A stretch of 20,967 nucleotides of DNA from Calditrichia bacterium (GTDB taxonomy: Bacteria > Calditrichota > Calditrichia > RBG-13-44-9), in assembly GCA_037381445.1 (NCBI GenBank), contig JARRQT010000082.1, forward strand, positions 1 through 20,967, given 5' to 3'. The translations under genes and the position numbers were made by a program. The notes below the pieces were generated by a model. It searched no databases, was not told where the DNA came from, and saw nothing but the letters and a program-made list of their open reading frames with translations. This document shows, in pieces, positions 16,425-20,967 of this stretch (the stretch's first letter is position 1; the number at the start of each line of letters is the position of its first letter).

Positions 16425-17402
16425 ATGAAGAAAACTGCCGCTTTAATTGTTTTTCTCTTTTTGGTATTTATGAATTTCGGCTGCGGGAGCGATCCGGTAG
16501 AGAAAGCGGAGAATGCCATGCAGCAGAAAAATTTTGCGGAAGCCTTGAAATACTACCAGGAAGCGCTGCGCAAGGCGCCGCATAATAGCCAACTGAAAGA
16601 AAATATGGCTGAAACATATTTAGCCTGGGGCGAAGATATCTACAAGCGCAGCCATGTGCTGAAGGCTTTCGAAGCCAGAATAGAACTGGGCAAGAAAATA
16701 TTACCGGACAGTTTATCCCTCCAGATGCGGAAAGACCTCTCGACGGTTTATCTGAAGCTCGCTCTGGCCTACAAAAACACGGTGCCTGATAATCCTTATC
16801 AGAAAAAAGCCTATTTTGACCAAACCCTTGCCAATCTGGACAGTGCCATTCATTATGATCAGGACAACATACAGGCGATGAAATCATTGCAGGAATTCGA
16901 GCAGGAAAAATTTCAGGAAATGTATGACGCGGGTGTGTTGTATTATAAAAAAGGCCGCAGAGACCCCCTGCAATACCTGGCAGCGGAATATTATCTGTCG
17001 AACGCCCTCAAACTAAATTCCGAAGACAGCGAGACATGGCGTTATTTGAAACTAACCCGTAAAGAAGCCCTCAATGTTTTGGATCCGGGTCAGACCGTCC
17101 CATTTGCTATCACCGACGAAAAAAAGCAGGAGGGGATGAAAGCCTACCATGTGGTTATTCACAGCCAGTATCCCGAAGATATTCAGATTAAAGCGGAGGA
17201 TTTCTACCTGATTGACAGCGCAGGAAACGCGTATCGGGGGGCGGCAAGCGAAGTATTTGCCACGCCGCTGAAACAAAGGGTGCTGAAAAACGGGCAGGAA
17301 ATGCAGGGAGTTGTTTCATTTTCGATCTCAAAATCAGAGAGGTATGTCAGGCTCGAATTGCGGCGGAATAATAAGGTCCTGGGGTATAAAAATCTGCCCT
17401 AA
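16425..17402 (+). CDS. Putative TPR lipoprotein with C-terminal beta-sandwich (DUF4352-like) domain
   Basis: AAAGGAGG RBS; signal peptide ending FGC-GS; TPR AENAMQQKNFAEALKYYQEALRKAP; C-terminal DFYLIDSAGNAY...LKNGQEMQGVVSF pattern. Confidence 0.75.
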   Translation: MKKTAALIVFLFLVFMNFGCGSDPVEKAENAMQQKNFAEALKYYQEALRKAPHNSQLKENMAETYLAWGEDIYKRSHVLKAFEARIELGKKILPDSLSLQMRKDLSTVYLKLALAYKNTVPDNPYQKKAYFDQTLANLDSAIHYDQDNIQAMKSLQEFEQEKFQEMYDAGVLYYKKGRRDPLQYLAAEYYLSNALKLNSEDSETWRYLKLTRKEALNVLDPGQTVPFAITDEKKQEGMKAYHVVIHSQYPEDIQIKAEDFYLIDSAGNAYRGAASEVFATPLKQRVLKNGQEMQGVVSFSISKSERYVRLELRRNNKVLGYKNLP

Positions 17403-17426
17403 AGCCACGCAGACAGTGTCTGCAAA

Positions 17427-17945
17427 TTATTGTCCTTTCTTCACGAAAATCGTTTTCAGGGAGTTGACCACAAAATCAAAATTCTTAAAGTGAGAATTAT
17501 CCATATTCATCTGGACAATGATATTATAGTACTTTTCGGCGGCGGGCAGAAAGTGCAGACGATATTCGATTTTTAGCATGGACAGCAAATAGGCAATCCG
17601 GATATCAAAATGGGAATTCAGGTCCAGACTGAAATCGAATTTATTTTTGCTTAATTCCTCAATAAACTGATCGTTTGGCAGATCGAGCCGGTTAAGCTTG
17701 TCTTTCATAATTTTATCCATGTCCAGAACCATATAATGCCACTCGGTATAATAGTTTCTGAGCTGGCGGACTAGGGCCATGGCGGCATCCACGTGTTCAA
17801 CCTGCCGGGGAAGTATTACCAGCACATTTTTCACAGTAGAAGCCGGGACCGGAAAACTGACCGGTCTTTCATTGAACTCTTTCAGGAAGCGCCGCGTTTT
17901 CCAGGCAACAAAAATCCTTGTAAGACTTGCTTTCAGATCTGCCAT
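17427..17945 (-). CDS. Hypothetical protein, Rossmann-like, resembling the N-terminal lobe of GT9 glycosyltransferases / DUF6913
   Basis: 172-aa ORF 13 bp downstream of rarA; KNVLVILP...LVRQLR..Y and FIEELSKNKFDFSLDL patterns. Confidence 0.65.
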   Translation of the reverse strand: MADLKASLTRIFVAWKTRRFLKEFNERPVSFPVPASTVKNVLVILPRQVEHVDAAMALVRQLRNYYTEWHYMVLDMDKIMKDKLNRLDLPNDQFIEELSKNKFDFSLDLNSHFDIRIAYLLSMLKIEYRLHFLPAAEKYYNIIVQMNMDNSHFKNFDFVVNSLKTIFVKKGQ

Positions 17946-17958
17946 AGGGATTATCCAA

Positions 17959-19302
17959 TCATTCGGTTGGTTTGTTCTTGTATTTTTTAATGCCCTCCCA
18001 CAATTTCTGAAGCCGGTTTAGAAAATTGATTTCCCTTCCCTGTGTGCTGGGCTCATAGTAGATGCGGCCCTCCAGTTCCTCCGGCAGATATTTGTCACGG
18101 ATGAAATGGCCGGGGAAATCGTGGGCATAATGGTACTCTTTTCCGTAACCCAAATCGGACAATAAGCTGGTCGGCGCGTTTCGCAGGTGGAGCGGCACCG
18201 CCAGATCGGGCTTCTCCTTTACATCCGCGATGGCTTTGTTAATCGCATTGATGGCGGCGTTGCTTTTGGGAGTTGTCGCCAGATAGGCAGCCACCTGGGA
18301 GAGAATAATTTTCGCCTCCGGCAGGCCCACGTATGTCACCGCGGTAAAGCAACTGGTAGCGATAACCAGCGCGTTTGGATCGGCATTTCCGATATCTTCG
18401 GAGGACAGAATAAGCATGCGCCGCGCAATAAACTTGGGATCTTCCCCTGCCTCAAGCATGCGCGCCATCCAGTAAATGGCCGCATCGGGGTCGCTGCCGC
18501 GCAGACTTTTTATGAACGCGGATATCAGATCGTAGTGGAATTCACCACTCTTATCATAATAAAGGACTTTCTTCAGAGCAGCCTTTTCAAAAAGCTCCTT
18601 CGTTAAGACAATAGGTTCCTTATTCTCGGGGACCAGTTCCAGCGCCTTTTCCAGTATGTTCAGCGCCCTGCGGGCATCTCCATTAGCAAGGCCCAACAGT
18701 GATTCCCAGTCCTTTATTTCAATGTTCTTTGTGCGGAGAATTTCATCCGCTTCCAGCGCGCGTTCCACAATCTGCCGGATATTCTCTTCACTCAGCGGCC
18801 TCATCTGGTAGACCTGTGAACGGGAGAGCAGAGGTGATATCACCTCAAATGAAGGATTCTCAGTGGTCGCGCCAATCAAAATAATGATGCCGCTTTCCAC
18901 CGCATGCAGCAGGGCATCCTGCTGCGCCTTGTTGAAGCGGTGGATTTCATCAATGAAGAGAATGGTATTCTTTCCCTGATATTTCCGTAATTTTGTCGCT
19001 TCCTCAATGAGTTTCCGGACCTCCTTTACGCCCGAGGTGACAGCGCTGATGGACCTGAATTCCGCCTTCACTTCGTTGGCTATCACCTTCGCCAGGGTTG
19101 TTTTCCCCACGCCGGGCGGCCCCCACAGAATCATTGATTTGATGCGGGACCTGGCAATTTCGGTGGCGAGGACAGTTCCCTTCCCCACGATTTGTTCATG
19201 TCCCACAAACTCATCCAGATGAGTGGGCCGGCAGCGTTCTGCCAGTGGCACAAAAGCGTCCTTTTTGTCGATATTTTTTTCAGGCGTCGAAAACAGGTCC
19301 AT
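17959..19302 (-). CDS. rarA: Replication-associated recombination protein A (MgsA/RarA AAA+ ATPase)
   Basis: [88 protein letters not shown]. Confidence 0.97.
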   Translation of the reverse strand: MDLFSTPEKNIDKKDAFVPLAERCRPTHLDEFVGHEQIVGKGTVLATEIARSRIKSMILWGPPGVGKTTLAKVIANEVKAEFRSISAVTSGVKEVRKLIEEATKLRKYQGKNTILFIDEIHRFNKAQQDALLHAVESGIIILIGATTENPSFEVISPLLSRSQVYQMRPLSEENIRQIVERALEADEILRTKNIEIKDWESLLGLANGDARRALNILEKALELVPENKEPIVLTKELFEKAALKKVLYYDKSGEFHYDLISAFIKSLRGSDPDAAIYWMARMLEAGEDPKFIARRMLILSSEDIGNADPNALVIATSCFTAVTYVGLPEAKIILSQVAAYLATTPKSNAAINAINKAIADVKEKPDLAVPLHLRNAPTSLLSDLGYGKEYHYAHDFPGHFIRDKYLPEELEGRIYYEPSTQGREINFLNRLQKLWEGIKKYKNKPTE

Positions 19303-19329
19303 CTAAAAAATCAGATTTATTGGTGCAGT

Positions 19330-20967
19330 TTAATTAAAAATCTCGATACGTTTTATAAAATAAAAGGTATTATTTTTCTCCGTGGTGCTTATTTCAAAAC
19401 TGTTTTCCCCTGGTTCGATATACGGGGTGACGTCCCACTGTATCTCCTCCAGCCCGTTGAGATCTTCAATAAATTTCGGCTCGTAATAATAGCTCAAAAC
19501 CGTATTATTAAATTTTACCGAAATATCCACTTTTGTATTCAGGGAAAGGGGGTATTTCTCATGGGAGGTGGCGGCCAGAATCCGCACCGTGAATTTCTGA
19601 TCATAATCCAGATCGCGGGGGAGCCTGAAAGATACTTTGATAGCGTCATTGCCCTTGGGATTCCGGTACGGAAAAGCATATCCCAATTTCCATACGTAAT
19701 CTTTTAAGTGATCATTGTATTCCACCGCAGGCCCCCCTTCGCCGCTGGTGGTAAAAGCCCGGTTCTTTAAGGTATAGCCGGTATAAACCTCGCACTCCTG
19801 AGAAATCAAATCGCCCCGGTTATTTATGGCCGCCAGGATTTTCATTTTCGGAAAATAGCGCTCGCTCAGGCTCAAAGGGAAACCGCCCCTGACTTCTATC
19901 CGGCGCGGGCGCGGTGTAATATATCCCGAGACGCTCCCGAAGCTCAGATTATAGGTGCCGATTTTGAGCACCCCTTCATATTTTCCTTCGCCCATAAATT
20001 TTCCGTCCACATAAATGGGCCCCTGGGGAGGATCGGTCACAATTTTTACCTTCTCGAACATGCGGCTTAACTGAAACTTTGCGTTGCCTTCCGTATTATT
20101 GCGGGTAAGACGGACATCCATGTTCTGCGGCTCAACGGAAAAACCTTCTTTTTGTATCTGAATATCATAATTCCCCGGAGGCATCTGCGTAAACACATAA
20201 TCGGTTTCCTGACCGGTATCTTTTCCGTTTATGAATATGCGGGCATTCTTCACATTGGACGTCACCGCGATGGTGCCCGCATTTCCCGGATTCAGGCCCA
20301 GTTCCGTGCGATCCTTGCGGGGGACAGGCACCTGCTGGACAATCAGCAATGATGTATCGCCGGCGGAAATATGCACAACCTTCTCGGCGGGAACTGTTAC
20401 ATAGCCGGTTTTATCAATGCTGATGGTATGCTGGCCCTCATCCAGGGTGAGAACCGGAGAGTCCTCCAGATTTCCGTAATAGTTTTTATCGACGTAGATT
20501 TTCGATCCCCTCTGATCAGCGACCACTTTCAGGAATCCCTGTATCTCGGAACTGGCGATTTTAAATTTAAATTCGATAGTCCTCATGGAATCGGCGCTAA
20601 TCTCCACCTCATGAAAGCGCGGTATGGAGACATATCCTTCCTTGATGGCGGTAATGCGGTGAACTCCAACCGGCACATTCAGGATCGTTTTATTCGAATA
20701 ACCGATGAAATCCGTATCGTCCAGATAAACCCGCGCCGCCTGGACGTCACCTTTTACCAGCAGTTCGCCGGTCTCGGGACTATTCCATTTTTCAAGGCCG
20801 AAATAGGTCCCCAGCGAGATGGCCGCCAGAATGCCAACCGTTACCAGCGTTTTTTTCCAAACCGATTCATTGCCGATGTCAATGGTAACCGGGATGTTTT
20901 CCAGTTCCTCATCGCTGATTTCATATTTCCATTCCGCCGGAAGCTGCCGCGCCGTCTCCGGCCGGAC
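19330..20967 (-). CDS. Membrane-anchored multi-PEGA-domain protein (5' end lies beyond the window)
   Basis: The frame stays open 97 codons beyond the track start (20676) to the window edge: ...WKKTLVTVGILAAISLGTYFGL (TM helix), then about 4 PEGA repeats (G.L.V....A.VY.D...G, G.H.I...K.GY) and a distinct C-terminal domain. Confidence 0.85.
   Translation of the reverse strand, partial: VRPETARQLPAEWKYEISDEELENIPVTIDIGNESVWKKTLVTVGILAAISLGTYFGLEKWNSPETGELLVKGDVQAARVYLDDTDFIGYSNKTILNVPVGVHRITAIKEGYVSIPRFHEVEISADSMRTIEFKFKIASSEIQGFLKVVADQRGSKIYVDKNYYGNLEDSPVLTLDEGQHTISIDKTGYVTVPAEKVVHISAGDTSLLIVQQVPVPRKDRTELGLNPGNAGTIAVTSNVKNARIFINGKDTGQETDYVFTQMPPGNYDIQIQKEGFSVEPQNMDVRLTRNNTEGNAKFQLSRMFEKVKIVTDPPQGPIYVDGKFMGEGKYEGVLKIGTYNLSFGSVSGYITPRPRRIEVRGGFPLSLSERYFPKMKILAAINNRGDLISQECEVYTGYTLKNRAFTTSGEGGPAVEYNDHLKDYVWKLGYAFPYRNPKGNDAIKVSFRLPRDLDYDQKFTVRILAATSHEKYPLSLNTKVDISVKFNNTVLSYYYEPKFIEDLNGLEEIQWDVTPYIEPGENSFEISTTEKNNTFYFIKRIEIFN

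Noticed and set aside
1..20967. CRISPR arrays, tRNA/rRNA, riboswitches, IS/integrase, defence systems
   Set aside because: No regularly spaced repeats, RNA-gene motifs or mobile/defence protein motifs seen by eye; an Rfam/Infernal scan would be needed to exclude small RNAs

Overview
Gene-dense bacterial chromosomal window (moderate-GC coding regions, AT-rich intergenic regions). I see no rRNA, tRNA, CRISPR array, transposase, integrase or phage gene. In order: a probable 5'-truncated UbiD-family fragment at the left edge; a secreted M64 metallopeptidase; an acyl-CoA dehydrogenase; a TPR protein; a REC-PAS-HD-GYP response regulator; a GNAT acetyltransferase; dapB; a complete four-gene TPAT transporter (TatT lipoprotein + DctP/Q/M); a tropinone-reductase-like SDR; a metal-homeostasis-like module (CDF exporter, His-rich NifX-family protein, Cys-free ArsR with a Met-rich N-terminus and a clear operator palindrome); an osmoprotectant ABC importer with fused SBP-permease; a TPR lipoprotein; a hypothetical protein; rarA; and a membrane-anchored multi-PEGA protein running off the right edge. 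The best candidates for undescribed biology are the ArsR/NifX-like/CDF module and the TPAT system, whose DctP lacks the carboxylate-binding Arg. All family calls come from motif recognition by eye, not database searches.
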